Assembly: GCA_002269645.1 (NCBI GenBank)
Contig: NIVC01001189.1
Span: 277,014 to 341,013, forward strand
Source: Macrostomum lignano
Taxonomy: Eukaryota
Reading direction: 5' to 3'
DNA length: 64,000 nucleotides
Each line of letters opens with the position of its first letter. The first letter of the stretch is position 1. Positions 33,868 through 47,819 of the stretch are shown here, one piece after another. The position numbers and the translations under genes were made by a program. The notes under the pieces were generated by a model. That model was not told the origin of the DNA. It worked only from the letters and a program-made list of their open reading frames with translations, and searched no databases.

Positions 33868-34903
33868 TATACGCGTCTTTCTCTGGGGCCTTTGAGTTCG
33901 AGTTCTCACTTTCTTAAGATAGATGTCTAGCGGTCTAAGGTTCTTACAGCTCTTAGTCTCTCCTATCAGGCCGTCAGAGAAGACCGTATAAACTGACGGG
34001 ATCTCCTAGTATCTAAGCTGAGTTGGAGTCTCCCTAAGATTTGCTCTATGTCACAGTTAAGGCAAATGATCGATTTGAGACTCGGGTTTCTGCCAACTGG
34101 ATAATCCAGAAACTAATTCAAATGGAGCAATTCAAGATCGAATAACTGCGCAGGAAAAACGAAGCGCCGCTCCAGTTTGAGATGAGCGTCTATTTGTACC
34201 AATTAGCATGTTTGGCCTCCCCCGCCGCCGGTGGGGTGTCTTCGCGTTGTTAGCAACGGCGGGGGGTTTTGAGCAATAACAAACTGGGACTCAGTCCCCT
34301 AATTGTACATGAATTTAGTTAGTTCTAGTAGGTTGCTAAGTGTGAAGGTTAGAGATTATTCGGGCTTTCGCAAATCTATGTGTTGAGTTGGATAAAATTT
34401 GGGATAGAAAGATTATAGAAAAAGTGCTTAGTTTTCCGTCTCTACACTCTGTCCATGAATGATTAAACAGTCCTCTGTTTCTCTCGGTTGTCAGGCAGCT
34501 TGGGGTTGATCTCGCCTTCTTGGGCAGCTTCGGGTTGGGTAGGAGTCTCTAGGTGGGCCTCACGTTTTCTCCCTCAGGGTGCGCCAGAAGATGCCGCGTG
34601 CCGCGTTGTTCTCTAAGTCAGGCTGCTGCTCAGTTTGCTTTTCCCGGCCGGTTTAGTCGCCATTGTGCCTGCGGCGGGGTGACGCTACTAACTGGAATGG
34701 AAGGAGGCTTTGTTAGATTCGGCTATTCAAATTGACTTGACAGTTGATTAATTATCTTAAAGCTGCTTCTGTTTGCTCTTCTAATAGCTATCTAGGGGTT
34801 CCATTGTACTCTTCTGCCTCGCCCTTCACTGCGCCTGGGCTTTTCATAAATTTCTACCTATCTTCTAACTTGGGGTCAAAACTTCAGATTTCTAACTCTT
34901 ATA
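33868..34903 (-). repeat. 5' LTR (1036 bp)
   Basis: Direct repeat of 21153-22187, adjacent to the PBS. Confidence 0.95.
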
Positions 34904-35551
34904 TACTTTGCTTGCATATATTAGTAGTACAAAATGATGGTGTACATGTACTTTCTTAGCTACTAGTTAAAAAAAACAAAAAAGGACCGAGTTTCTTTAT
35001 TTTTAATAATTATAAGCACTTGTACAGGTATACCACTTGGCCTGCAGCCAATATGTATTTATTAATCGCATAATCGATAGCTTTAGTCAAAAAAAATTTT
35101 CAATCAACAAACAGAGTAACAACGAATGCAAATATCGTGTCGCTATCCAATATTTAGTAATTAATGACCCGCTCATGTCGAACAGTCGAGTGCAGTCATC
35201 TTTTTTCCTTTGAATTCGGCAACGAAAGCCGCACATGTTATCGCCGCATCGAAAACCAACTGAAAAAACTTGACTCAAAAAATTAGGCATCAAAAAAGAT
35301 TCAGCACAACGATAGATAATGTAAGTACCAATTGAACTTTCAATTATAAAACTTCAGTTATATGCAGACTTATTAAAAGATTTTAACAAATCTTGTGCCA
35401 CACATTCTACTCTCAGTAGCTTCATAAGATTATTTATCACAATGGGAGATTGGGGAGGTTAGGGCGGCTGCACAGGTGGTGAAAGAGTTCTGAGTTGAAG
35501 TTGAAAATTCAAATTTGCCAGTCTATAAAAAGTGCAGAGCACATTTCAGTC

Positions 35552-36111
35552 TCAATTGGCCAAGTAGATCACCTGGTGGCGCTCCATCAACTCGATGTCG
35601 CGCTCCAGCTGCTTCATCTCGCTCTCGATTCGCTCTTTGCGGTTCTTCTTGGGCACCGTGTCGGTCATGACGCTCAGCGACTGGTACTGGTGGTGCAGAT
35701 CCTCCCAGTTCTTCTTCAGGCCGAACACGATGGCTTGGCGCTCCTCGTCAGTCAGCTGCTGCATGGCGCCCCGTTGCCGCATCTCCTTCACGTAGTTGTC
35801 GTATTCCTCCTGGGCCCGCCGGATCTCGTCGGCTCGCTTCTTCAGATACTCGGGCACCTCGCCGTAGTCTTTGCGGTTCCGGTAAACCGGTTCCAGGCCG
35901 CTAGGGTCCAGCGAGAACTTGTCGCCTTTGCGCGAGTCAACCAGATTCTTCTCCGGCTTCTTCGCCACGGACAGGATGTTCTCAACAGCGTTCTGGGCGA
36001 TGAAGTTCTTCTTGGTCTTGATGCCCATCACTGGGGGCGCCTCGTTTGCCTTCGGCACGGGCGGCCGGCGGGGCTGACTCGACCGGTCGTGCTCGTTCGG
36101 GTCGACGACAA
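35552..36111 (-). CDS. ENKUR: Enkurin, last coding exon
   Basis: PVMGIKTKKNFI...SGLEPVY...KDYGEVPEYL...GLKKNWEDLHHQYQSLSV...EMKQLERDI. cag acceptor at 36112-36114. Confidence 0.95.
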
Positions 36112-36358
36112 CTGATGGCGTGGAGGAGGGCAGTGTGGGGTCGCAATCATGCTCAGACTTTTATACATGTTTTCATTTAACACGTGCATAGAAAGTTTCA
36201 CCATTATACTAATATTGAATTTCGTGAGCAAGTTTTGAGAAAGATGATGCTTAGGAGAAGTCTCTCACAGGCTTGGAATGATACAAGCTATAAATTAGAT
36301 TTTAAATGCATCAATTTATCCAAGTTTTGAGTAGTTGACTTTTATCTGTGCTACTCAC

Positions 36359-36504
36359 CTGCCGGGGGTTTGGTCTCTCTTGTGTGCTTCTTGAGAAACT
36401 CGTTGGGCTGGGCGGGAGGTACTTGGGCCTCGCCCATGGTTTTGTGAGCGAATCGGTTGGCTGCATACTCATCCTTCGCTGTTGACTTGAACCTGGACTG
36501 GTGC
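36359..36504 (-). CDS. ENKUR: Enkurin, exon 2
   Basis: HQSRFKSTAKDE...HKTMGEAQV...EFLKKHTRE. AG/GT bounded, 146 nt, phases match both neighbours. Confidence 0.92.
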
Positions 36505-37488
36505 CTATTTTGGTGTAGAAGAGAAAAATGTCAATGTAGTCAGTGCATTCATATAGCCTCTTTATCACTCACTGACATGTCTCTAATCTGTTGAGGTTTT
36601 GGTATGGGTTAAGTAATTGTTGATTTTTTATATTTTACACTATACATAAGCTTGAATATATTATAAACTATGAATCTATTATATATTAAACCAAATATCA
36701 AGGAAAACCGTATGTGCATTTTGTACTTTTTGAGCTAATTTAAAATGTGAATTTATTGTTATTAAACTAATAAGCGGCAGAAAAAATGTCTTACTATATG
36801 TTATGTCTTAATAAATGTTTTTGTGTTACATTTTATTTAAAAAATAATTGACTGATAGCCTACATACATCTACTAGCTAGTTGAATTGAATGACATAATA
36901 AAATATTTTATGTAAGAACTTTTTCTCTCAAGGTCAGCAAAAAGACCTGCTTTTAATTTCTTAATTGAAAGAGGGGCAATAATAAATAAAAGATACCTAG
37001 AGGATAAATTAAACGGTAGCTTTCTCAAAAAAGTGGTAGTGGCGCCAATAACATTTTTATTAATACTCACTCAAGGCAAAAATAGTAGCAGTAATAAGTC
37101 TACAAAACTGGAAAACAAAGCTTCTTCTAGTAGATTTTTTAGTTTTAAATACAAACCGCCTATAGGTCTGGGTTTTTAGTTAAGTAGTTAGTAGTGACGA
37201 CGCCAAATTTATACCAGCTAGGCGGCTACGTTTTAATCTGAGTTCAAGCACGAAATATTTTATTCAAAGTATTATTGCAGCAAATAGATGTTGAACTCCA
37301 ATGATATATTAATGAAATGTAGAGATATTTCTTATGTTTCTTATTTCTTATGGGGCTACGATGCTTTATAAATAGCGCTTGATATATCTAAACGAATTCA
37401 GTCGAGCAAGATGCGTTCTAACTCTAGTCCTACAGGCAAAAAAGTTTTTGTGAAAATTGACAAAAATAAGCATTATTGATCAACATAC

Positions 37489-37559
37489 TTGGGCGGCCTT
37501 GCAGCTGCCGCTTCTTGGCGCGGAATAAGATTGTAAATATTTTCTGCGTGGCTGCTCAT
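37489..37559 (-). CDS. ENKUR: Enkurin, first coding exon
   Basis: MSSHAENIYNLIPRQEAAAARPP(K) with gtatgt donor. The three exons total 777 nt, 258 aa. Confidence 0.9.
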
Positions 37560-38814
37560 ATTCGTTTGTTACTTTGTCTTGTAATGAATGTACTTAGTAC
37601 AAGGCTACCAAAAGTTTATTTAGTTTTGAGCCAATTTTACGCTGCGATTATGATCTTTAAAATACTTTGAAGCGATGCACGATCTGCTTAGATACAAAAA
37701 ATATAACTAAATGCAAAAAATATGTATAAAAACTTGTTTAATTCTTGTTTTTATTGACCGTATATACTGAAGTAGAAGTGATATTTATAAAGCTGTTAAT
37801 TATTGTATCTTTTTTTGTTAAACTCTTTTAAAACTATCTAAAGAACCCGTAAATTTAATATTTTCTGACAGTAAACTTCTACTATTTTAATCTACTCATT
37901 AATAAATTCTCAGTTAGATGGCGAACATACATATTTTAAGAAATATGTCATGTATAACGTATAATAGTCTTTTGGTTTCAAACCATTTGGCTATGAAGTC
38001 TTCGATTTATGAAATTTCCGATTTCCAGAAAAAATATATTTTGGAAGAGAGATGGAATCAGAGTTGCAATTTTGTAAAGCAATTTGTTTGATTGTTTGCC
38101 TCAGGAGTCCAAAAACTTAAACTTAAACATTCTTCTAACTAACTCATACTGAAAAAATTACACTACAAGTAGCATTACATGTAGATAATTAATTTTAATA
38201 ACAAATTCGAAATTCAGAAAAATAAGAATAAAAGAAATTTTCGGTAAAGCAGAAAATATCAGGTTTCATGCTTATGCTTTAAAAGCGAAGCCAGCAGTCT
38301 AACAAAATTAAGAGTTACGAGCACTTAAGACTTTCCAGAAAGTCTGCTTAGATTCGGTATACATGTAAGGCAAGTCATGGATTATGATCGACAGGCTTAC
38401 AGGCGTCATCTTAGTGAAAATGGCGTCATCATAGCAATTAGTCTTTATTATATTTCAGTCTAAAAGCACTGCAATTGATTTAGTAAAACCCTTCAAAACC
38501 CCTTAGCCTTTTTCCCAACGGATGAGCAAAGTGCATTAATTTCGTATTATATTGTAAAAAAGAAATTCAGCGCCTCGAAAGATTCAACTTGGAAAAAGTA
38601 AAGTTTACATGAGCAGAGAAAGCGCGCACGATCTTTCGAGAAATTCCGATTAATACGAGCTATCCCGCCCAAGTGCGCCAAAATTCTGATCGATGACAGA
38701 ACTATCTAAACAACTGGACTGCACGCAACCAAAAAATAAAACGTAAATCCAAAACTTAACGCAATGTACGGACAATCCACCTGCCCTATGGTGCGGAGCT
38801 TGCGTCTGCAATCA

Positions 38815-41800
38815 TCTTATATCTAAAGCTGAGTGGGTCGATCGACCGGCCGGGTTTAACGCGTATCTCCTCCTAGACGGCTGGCAACTCAAATGCGGGA
38901 CTTACATATATCAATTCAAAATTTTCCTACGCAACAAATAGGCTATTTTAATGTTGAAAAATTAAAAGTCAAGTCCGTTAAAAAAGCAAAAAATCTTCTC
39001 TTATATCTAAAGCTGAGTGGGTCGATCGACCGGCCGGGTTTAACGCGTATCTCCTCCTAGACGGCTGGCAACTCAAATGCGGGACGTACATATATCAATT
39101 CAGAATTTTCCTACGCAACAAATAGGCTATTTTAATGTTGAAAAATTAAAAGTCAAGTCCGTTAAAAAAGCAAAAAGCTGTTTTCTTAACCTTCTTTGGC
39201 CACTTTGCCTCTCCAGTGGCATTATTGTAAAAACAACCACCCCAACCTCCCCCGCAGGTCGCTGTGTATTGGAGGGGTGGTTGATGCGTGTTCTGGGTTC
39301 AATGCTAATAAAACCCCCGCGTGTTGGGGGTTCAGTTAAATTTAATGCTTCCCTCCAGAACGGAGGGTTGGTTTGGGCTGAGTGTACATAGCAATGTACA
39401 TTGTAAACAGATAGATAGGACTGTGTCGAGATTCAATTGGTTTTACTATCGGCGCCTTTCAAAAGGCAGCCTGTCTGTATATTAGCTGGGCAGTGAAATT
39501 CAATGAATAAACAGCAGGCAGGTGAATGTACACTCGATACTTAATGCTTTGAACCGGGAAGTTCAGACGTTAACTGTTCCTTTTTTTTAACTTTGAGAGG
39601 AGAGACTTATATTGCTGGAAGGATCTTGCAACGCTGAATTCGGGGATATAAGTTATTTGCTTTAAATATGAAAACAAAAAGCACAGCATTGAAAAAACGA
39701 TTCCATACTTTTAAAATTTCTGCCAAGATTGTAGTTGGGGGGGGGGGTTGAGTACACAAATTCAGGCCAGCTATCATTTGAGTAAATTCAGTAATGGAGG
39801 AGGCGGGTAACAAATTTCAATTGGTTTGATTATCGGCGCTTTCAGTCCGTCAGATAAGAGAGTAAAGAGAAGAGAGATTTCAAGGAGAAGAGAGGATAGA
39901 AAGATGATAGAAAGACAGTAGATATGAGAGATAAGAGATTAAAGACGACAGAGCCAGAGGGGAGAGAAGAGGGGAGTGAGGCGGGAATGATGAAGAGGGA
40001 GAGCGAAGAGAAGAGAAAGTAGAGGGAAGAAAGGAGGGGAGAGAGGAAAATGAGAGAGCAAAGGAGGGAGGAAAGATGGGAGGAGAGAGGAGGGATAAGA
40101 TAGTACAGAGGAGAGAGAAGAGAGAGGAGAGATGAGACAGGAGACGGTAGAGAGAAGAGGGGAAAGATGAGAGATGAAGAGGGAGAGGGTAAGAGAGAAA
40201 ATAGGAGTATGAGAATTGAGAGCAGAGAGGAGAGACGAGAGAGAAAAAAGAGGAGAGAGAGAGGACAGGGTAGAGGAGAGGCGATAGATAAGCGAGTAGA
40301 GATGAGAGATGAGAGAGAAGAGGAGAGATAGAGAGAATTGAGAGAAGACAGGAGAGAAGAGATAGAGAGAAGAGGGGAGAGAGCGAAGCGAGAAGACAAG
40401 GGAGAGAAGAGAGAGATGAAAAAACAAATGAGAGAGCAAAAGGGGAAAGATGAGAGAATAGAGATGAGAAAATAGAGGGGAGAGATGAGAGATGGGAGGT
40501 GATTGATAAGAAAGTAAGAGTAGAGATGAGAGAGGAGATGGAGAGCAGGAAGCAGAAAGAAGAGATTAGATAAAGGAGCAAAGAGGAGAGAGGCGACAGG
40601 AGAGAGTCTCAGTCTGGACGATGGCAGTCAATTTTTGTAAACAGGGAAAACATGCTATGATATTTCAGAGGTTTTATGGAGGATTTGGAAGATTTGGAAG
40701 ATTTTTTGACGTATACCCAGACAAGTAAAAATCATATTTTTATAGACTTCAGTTTCATAGTCTTGATTGACTGAAATTTGATAGAGATAGTATTTTTTTA
40801 AATCGATGGATTGTAGCTTGAAGGAGGATGATACAAGCTAGATTGCAGTTTAACGGAGAGGATTTTGATGATAGCTGTTTCATGGAGAGGATGAAATGGT
40901 TAAATTGAAAGGGAATAGAGAAAAGAGAAAAGGCTAGAGTAGATAAAAGATTAGATGAAAGAGAACATGAAAAGAGAGAATTAAAAGGGACAGATTAGAG
41001 AAAAGAAAAAAGAGAATAAAGGCGAGAGAAGAGATGAAGGAATTGAGAGGAGAGAGGAGAGGGGTAAGAGAGGAGAAAGAGGAGACAGAGGGAGTAGAGC
41101 CAAAAGACGAGAGAGAAGAGATAAATTAGTAGAGATGAGGGGAGAGAGAGGAGAGAGAAGCAAGAGGATAAGGGAGAGAGGAGAGGGGAGAAAGTAGAGA
41201 GATGAGAGAGCAGAGAGGAGATAAAGGAGAGGAGAGAGAAGAGATAAAAGAGGAGAGAGGAAAAAGTTGAGAGGAGAAAGTAGTGAGGAGAGATAAGAGA
41301 GTAGACATGAGAAATGATAGATAAGCGAGGAGATGAGAGCAGAGAGGAGATAGGAGAGATTAGAGATGAGAGAGCAGAGAGGACATAGGAGAGATTAGAG
41401 ATGAGAGAGCAAAGAGGAGAGAGGAGACAGACGAGAGTCTCAGTCTGGACGATGGCAGGCAGTCAATTTTTGCACACAGGTAAAACAACATGGTTTTTGG
41501 GAGGTTAATATAGGATTTGGAGAGGATTTGGACGATGGGATTCGTGTCATTGGATTCAGCTGATGGTTTCGGGGAATGAAATTCTGGCGATGGGAGTTCT
41601 ATCCCCTCACTCCGCCAACGGAGGAGTTGGCCTCGTCTTATATCTAAAGCTGAGTGGATCGATCGACCGGCCGGGTTTAACGCGTATCTCCTCCTAGACG
41701 GCTGGCAACTCAAATGCGGGACTTACATATATCAATTCAAAATTTTCCTACGCAACAAATAGGCTATTTTAATGTTGAAAAATTAAAAGTCAAGTCCGTT

Positions 41801-44800
41801 AAAAAAGCAAAAAACTGTTTTCTTAACCTTCTTTGGCCACTTTGCCTCTCCAGTGGCATTATTGTAAAAACAACCACCCCAACCTCCCCCCGCAGGTCGC
41901 TGTGTATTGGAGGGGTGGTTGATGCGTGTTCTGGGTTCAATGCTAATAAAACCCCCGCGTGTTGGGGTGCAGTAAAATTTAATTATTCCCCCGGAATAAG
42001 GGGGGTTGGTTTGGGCTGAGTGTACATAGCAATGTACATTGTAAACAGATAGATAGGACTGTGTCGAGATTCAATTGGTTTTACTATCGGCGCCTTTCAA
42101 AAGGCAGCCTGTCTGTATATTAGCTGGGCAGTGAAATTCAATGAATAAACAGCAGGCAGGTGAATGTACACTCGATACTTAATGCTTTGAACCGGGAAGT
42201 TCAGACGTTAACTGTTCCTTTTTTTAACTTTGAGAGGAGAGACTGATATTGCTGGAAGGATCTTGCAACGCTGAATTCGGGGATATAAGTTATTTGCTTT
42301 AAATATGAAAACAAAAAGCACAGCATTGAAAAAACGATTCCATACTTTTAAAATTTCTGCCAAGATTGTAGTTGGGGGGGGGGGGTTGAGTACACAAATT
42401 CAGGCCAGCTATCATTTGAGTAAATTCAGTAATGGAGGAGGCTGGTAACAAATTTCAATTGGTTTGATTATCGGCGCTTTCAGTCCGTCAGATAAGAGAG
42501 TAAAGAGAAGAGAGATTTCAAGGAGAAGAGAGGATAGAAAGATGATAGAAAGACAGTAGATATGAGAGATAAGAGATTAAAGACGACAGAGCCAGAGGGG
42601 AGAGAAGAGGGGAGTGAGGCGGGAATGATGAAGAGGGAGAGCGAAGAGAAGAGAAAGTAGAGGGAAGAAAGGAGGGGAGAGAGGAAAATGAGAGAGCAAA
42701 GGAGGGAGGAAAGATGGGAGGAGAGAGGAGGGATAAGATAGTACAGAGGAGAGAGAAGAGAGAGGAGAGATGAGACAGGAGACGGTAGAGAGAAGAGGGG
42801 AAAGATGAGAGATGAAGAGGGAGAGGGTAAGAGAGAAAATAGGAGTATGAGAATTGAGAGCAAAGAGGAGAGACGAGAGAGAAAAAAGAGGAGAGAGAGA
42901 GAGGACAGGGTAGAGGAGAGGCGATAGATAAGCGAGTAGAGATGAGAGATGAGAGAGAAGAGGAGAGATAGAGAGAATTGAGAGAAGACAGGAGAGAAGA
43001 GATAGAGAGAAGAGGGGAGAGAGCGAAGCGAGAAGACAAGGGAGAGAAGAGAGAGATGAAAAAACAAATGAGAGAGCAAAAGGGGAAAGATGAGAGAATA
43101 GAGATGAGAAAATAGAGGGGAGAGATGAGAGATGGGAGGTGATTGATAAGAAAGTAAGAGTAGAGATGAGAGAGGAGATGGAGAGCAGGAAGCAGAAAGA
43201 AGAGATTAGATAAAGGAGCAAAGAGGAGACAGGCGACAGGAGAGAGTCTCAGTCTGGACGATGGCAGTCAATTTTTGTAAACAGGGAAAACATGCTATGA
43301 TATTTCAGAGGTTTTATGGAGGATTTGGAAGATTTGGAAGATTTTTTGACGTATACCCAGACAAGTAAAAATCATATTTTTATAGACTTCAGTTTCATAG
43401 TCTTGATTGACTGAAATTTGATAGAGATAGTATTTTTTTAAATCGATGGATTGTAGCTTGAAGGAGGATGATACAAGCTAGATTGCAGTTTAACGGAGAG
43501 GATTTTGATGATAGCTGTTTCATGGAGAGGATGAAATGGTTAAATTGAAAGGGAATAGAGAAAAGAGAAAAGGCTAGAGTAGATAAAAGATTAGATGAAA
43601 GAGAACATGAAAAGAGAGAATTAAAAGGGACAGATTAGAGAAAAGAAAAAAAGAGAATAAAGGCGAGAGAAGAGATGAAGGAATTGAGAGGAGAGAGGAG
43701 AGGGGTAAGAGAGGAGAAAGAGGAGACAGAGGGAGTAGAGCCAAAAGACGAGAGAGAAGAGATAAATTAGTAGAGATGAGGGGAGAGAGAGGAGAGAGAA
43801 GCAAGAGGATAAGGGAGAGAGGAGAGGGGAGAAAGTAGAGAGATGAGAGAGCAGAGAGGAGATAAAGGAGAGGAGAGAGAAGAGATAAAAGAGGAGAGAG
43901 GAAAAAGTTGAGAGGAGAAAGTAGTGAGGAGAGATAAGAGAGTAGACATGAGAAATGATAGATAAGCGAGGAGATGAGAGCAGAGAGGAGATAGGAGAGA
44001 TTAGAGATGAGAGAGCAGAGAGGAGATAGGAGAGATTAGAGATGAGAGAGCAAAGAGGAGAGAGGAGACAGACGAGAGTCTCAGTCTGGACGATGGCAGG
44101 CAGTCAATTTTTGCACACAGGTAAAACAACATGGTTTTTGGGAGGTTAATATAGGATTTGGAGAGGATTTGGACGATGGGATTCGTGTCATTGGATTCAG
44201 CTGATGGTTTCGGGGAATGAAATTCTGGCGATGGGAGTTCTATCCCCTCACTCCGCCAACGGAGGAGTTGGCCTCGTCTTATATCTAAAGCTGAGTGGAT
44301 CGATCGACCGGCCGGGTTTAACGCGTATCTCCTCCTAGACGGCTGGCAACTCAAATGCGGGACTTACATATATCAATTCAAAATTTTCCTACGCAACAAA
44401 TAGGCTATTTTAATGTTGAAAAATTAAAAGTCAAGTCCGTTAAAAAAGCAAAAAACTGTTTTCTTAACCTTCTTTGGCCACTTTGCCTCTCCAGTGGCAT
44501 TATTGTAAAAACAACCACCCCAACCTCCCCCCAGGTCGCTGTGTATTGGAGGGGTGGTTGATGCGTGTTCTGGGTTCAATGCTAATAAAACCCCGCGTGT
44601 TGGGGTGCAGTAAAATTTAATTATTCCCCCGGAATAAGGGGGGTTGGTTTGGGCTGAGTGTACATAGCAATGTACATTGTAAACAGATAGATAGGACTGT
44701 GTCGAGATTCAATTGGTTTTACTATCGGCGCCTTTCAAAAGGCAGCCTGTCTGTATATTAGCTGGGCAGTGAAATTCAATGAATAAACAGCAGGCAGGTG

Positions 44801-46914
44801 AATGTACACTCGATACTTAATGCTTTGAACCGGGAAGTTCAGACGTTAACTGTTCCTTTTTTTAACTTTGAGAGGAGAGACTGATATTGCTGGAAGGATC
44901 TTGCAACGCTGAATTCGGGGATATAAGTTATTTGCTTTAAATATGAAAACAAAAAGCACAGCATTGAAAAAACGATTCCATACTTTTAAAATTTCTGCCA
45001 AGATTGTAGTTGGGGGGGGGGGGTTGAGTACACAAATTCAGGCCAGCTATCATTTGAGTAAATTCAGTAATGGAGGAGGCTGGTAACAAATTTCAATTGG
45101 TTTGATTATCGGCGCTTTCAGTCCGTCAGATAAGAGAGTAAAGAGAAGAGAGATTTCAAGGAGAAGAGAGGATAGAAAGATGATAGAAAGACAGTAGATA
45201 TGAGAGATAAGAGATTAAAGACGACAGAGCCAGAGGGGAGAGAAGAGGGGAGTGAGGCGGGAATGATGAAGAGGGAGAGCGAAGAGAAGAGAAAGTAGAG
45301 GGAAGAAAGGAGGGGAGAGAGGAAAATGAGAGAGCAAAGGAGGGAGGAAAGATGGGAGGAGAGAGGAGGGATAAGATAGTACAGAGGAGAGAGAAGAGAG
45401 AGGAGAGATGAGACAGGAGACGGTAGAGAGAAGAGGGGAAAGATGAGAGATGAAGAGGGAGAGGGTAAGAGAGAAAATAGGAGTATGAGAATTGAGAGCA
45501 AAGAGGAGAGACGAGAGAGAAAAAAGAGGAGAGAGAGAGAGGACAGGGTAGAGGAGAGGCGATAGATAAGCGAGTAGAGATGAGAGATGAGAGAGAAGAG
45601 GAGAGATAGAGAGAATTGAGAGAAGACAGGAGAGAAGAGATAGAGAGAAGAGGGGAGAGAGCGAAGCGAGAAGACAAGGGAGAGAAGAGAGAGATGAAAA
45701 AACAAATGAGAGAGCAAAAGGGGAAAGATGAGAGAATAGAGATGAGAAAATAGAGGGGAGAGATGAGAGATGGGAGGTGATTGATAAGAAAGTAAGAGTA
45801 GAGATGAGAGAGGAGATGGAGAGCAGGAAGCAGAAAGAAGAGATTAGATAAAGGAGCAAAGAGGAGACAGGCGACAGGAGAGAGTCTCAGTCTGGACGAT
45901 GGCAGTCAATTTTTGTAAACAGGGAAAACATGCTATGATATTTCAGAGGTTTTATGGAGGATTTGGAAGATTTGGAAGATTTTTTGACGTATACCCAGAC
46001 AAGTAAAAATCATATTTTTATAGACTTCAGTTTCATAGTCTTGATTGACTGAAATTTGATAGAGATAGTATTTTTTTAAATCGATGGATTGTAGCTTGAA
46101 GGAGGATGATACAAGCTAGATTGCAGTTTAACGGAGAGGATTTTGATGATAGCTGTTTCATGGAGAGGATGAAATGGTTAAATTGAAAGGGAATAGAGAA
46201 AAGAGAAAAGGCTAGAGTAGATAAAAGATTAGATGAAAGAGAACATGAAAAGAGAGAATTAAAAGGGACAGATTAGAGAAAAGAAAAAAAGAGAATAAAG
46301 GCGAGAGAAGAGATGAAGGAATTGAGAGGAGAGAGGAGAGGGGTAAGAGAGGAGAAAGAGGAGACAGAGGGAGTAGAGCCAAAAGACGAGAGAGAAGAGA
46401 TAAATTAGTAGAGATGAGGGGAGAGAGAGGAGAGAGAAGCAAGAGGATAAGGGAGAGAGGAGAGGGGAGAAAGTAGAGAGATGAGAGAGCAGAGAGGAGA
46501 TAAAGGAGAGGAGAGAGAAGAGATAAAAGAGGAGAGAGGAAAAAGTTGAGAGGAGAAAGTAGTGAGGAGAGATAAGAGAGTAGACATGAGAAATGATAGA
46601 TAAGCGAGGAGATGAGAGCAGAGAGGAGATAGGAGAGATTAGAGATGAGAGAGCAGAGAGGAGATAGGAGAGATTAGAGATGAGAGAGCAAAGAGGAGAG
46701 AGGAGACAGACGAGAGTCTCAGTCTGGACGATGGCAGGCAGTCAATTTTTGCACACAGGTAAAACAACATGGTTTTTGGGAGGTTAATATAGGATTTGGA
46801 GAGGATTTGGACGATGGGATTCGTGTCATTGGATTCAGCTGATGGTTTCGGGGAATGAAATTCTGGCGATGGGAGTTCTATCCCCTCACTCCGCCAACGG
46901 AGGAGTTGGCCTCG
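38815..46914 (+). mobile_element. Head-to-tail array of a non-autonomous Helitron-like element: 184 bp 5' fragment plus three ~2.64 kb units
   Basis: Units 38999-41635, 41636-44276 and 44277-46914 start TCTTATATCTAAAGCTGAG...AACGCGTATCTC and end with hairpin GCCAAC-GGAGGA-GTTGGC then CTCG. The array sits between a host A and T. Interiors are GA-rich. Confidence 0.7.
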
Positions 46915-47819
46915 TATCATTATATATCTATAGTCCTCGACGTCTGCGCGGTCCTTGTAGCGTTGGAGCCAGCAGGATGTCCCCGCAGAGTGCAGAGGCT
47001 TGGACAGTATAGACTCAGAGCAAGTGCATATTACATATATTACATATTACACTAATCACATATACTGTATAGAGTCCAAATCGATCGATACGATCGTATC
47101 ATGTCATCAAATACCTAGATATGATCCTACATACGCTTTAGTAAAACGTACTCATATTTTGAAACTGAGTTCAAAATGGCATCCTGGCTAGGTCCAAATT
47201 CAAAGTAAATACCGGAGATTCCCAGCTGGAATCTGTGGAAAAGTTCAAAATCAATTAAAAAAGCAACATCTCTACCCCATCCTGTACACTGCTGAGCCTC
47301 TGACATACAGAAGTTGCAGAAGCAGAAGTCAGCAAGCTCCATGCTTATAAAATTCCAAAATTCCAAAATTAAAGTTGATCTGTTATCATGACGCACGCAA
47401 TCACTCAAAAATAAAATGTCGGGTTTTAAAGCTATACAACTAAACCATAGAACTCCGAAATGTACTCGTATATCTCAGCCATGTGCAAGTTTCGATTTGG
47501 GAAACATGCAATCACTGTAAGATGCAATGAAATCGTTTAATTCTTACAATTTAAAGCTTGTAAGAGAATCCAGCTGTAAAAATACTCGCTATCATATAGG
47601 CTACATGACCCCTAAAAGGGTTTGTACTAGCCTCAGACTATTACATAAAAACTGGCTTAATTAGTCAAGCTTTACATGTACATGTATGTATGTCATTCAA
47701 AGAATTTAGAAAGTGCACAGTACAAATGAAAATGGAAGTTTTTGCTGTACTGCTCAGAAGCTGCACTAGATTAACAGAACCGGGTTAAATGCGGAACCAA
47801 AGTGTCAAATTGGTGAAAA

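Larger units (their letters stand above)
21153..34903 (-). mobile_element. Full-length Ty3/gypsy LTR retrotransposon with env-like gene (13.75 kb)
   Basis: Two ~1035 bp LTRs, 5 bp TSD TACTT (21148-21152, 34904-34908), PBS, PPT, and PR-RT-RH-IN order with LCVDFRDLN and YVDD motifs. Confidence 0.97.

Noticed and set aside
21153-34903. BEL/Pao or copia assignment, or env as a separately inserted nested element
   Set aside because: Domain order PR-RT-RH-IN and RT motifs are gypsy-type. The env region has no TSD, TIR or frame break at its borders and is in frame on both sides.
35495-36115. 206-aa plus-strand ORF
   Set aside because: Antisense shadow of the GC-rich enkurin exon.
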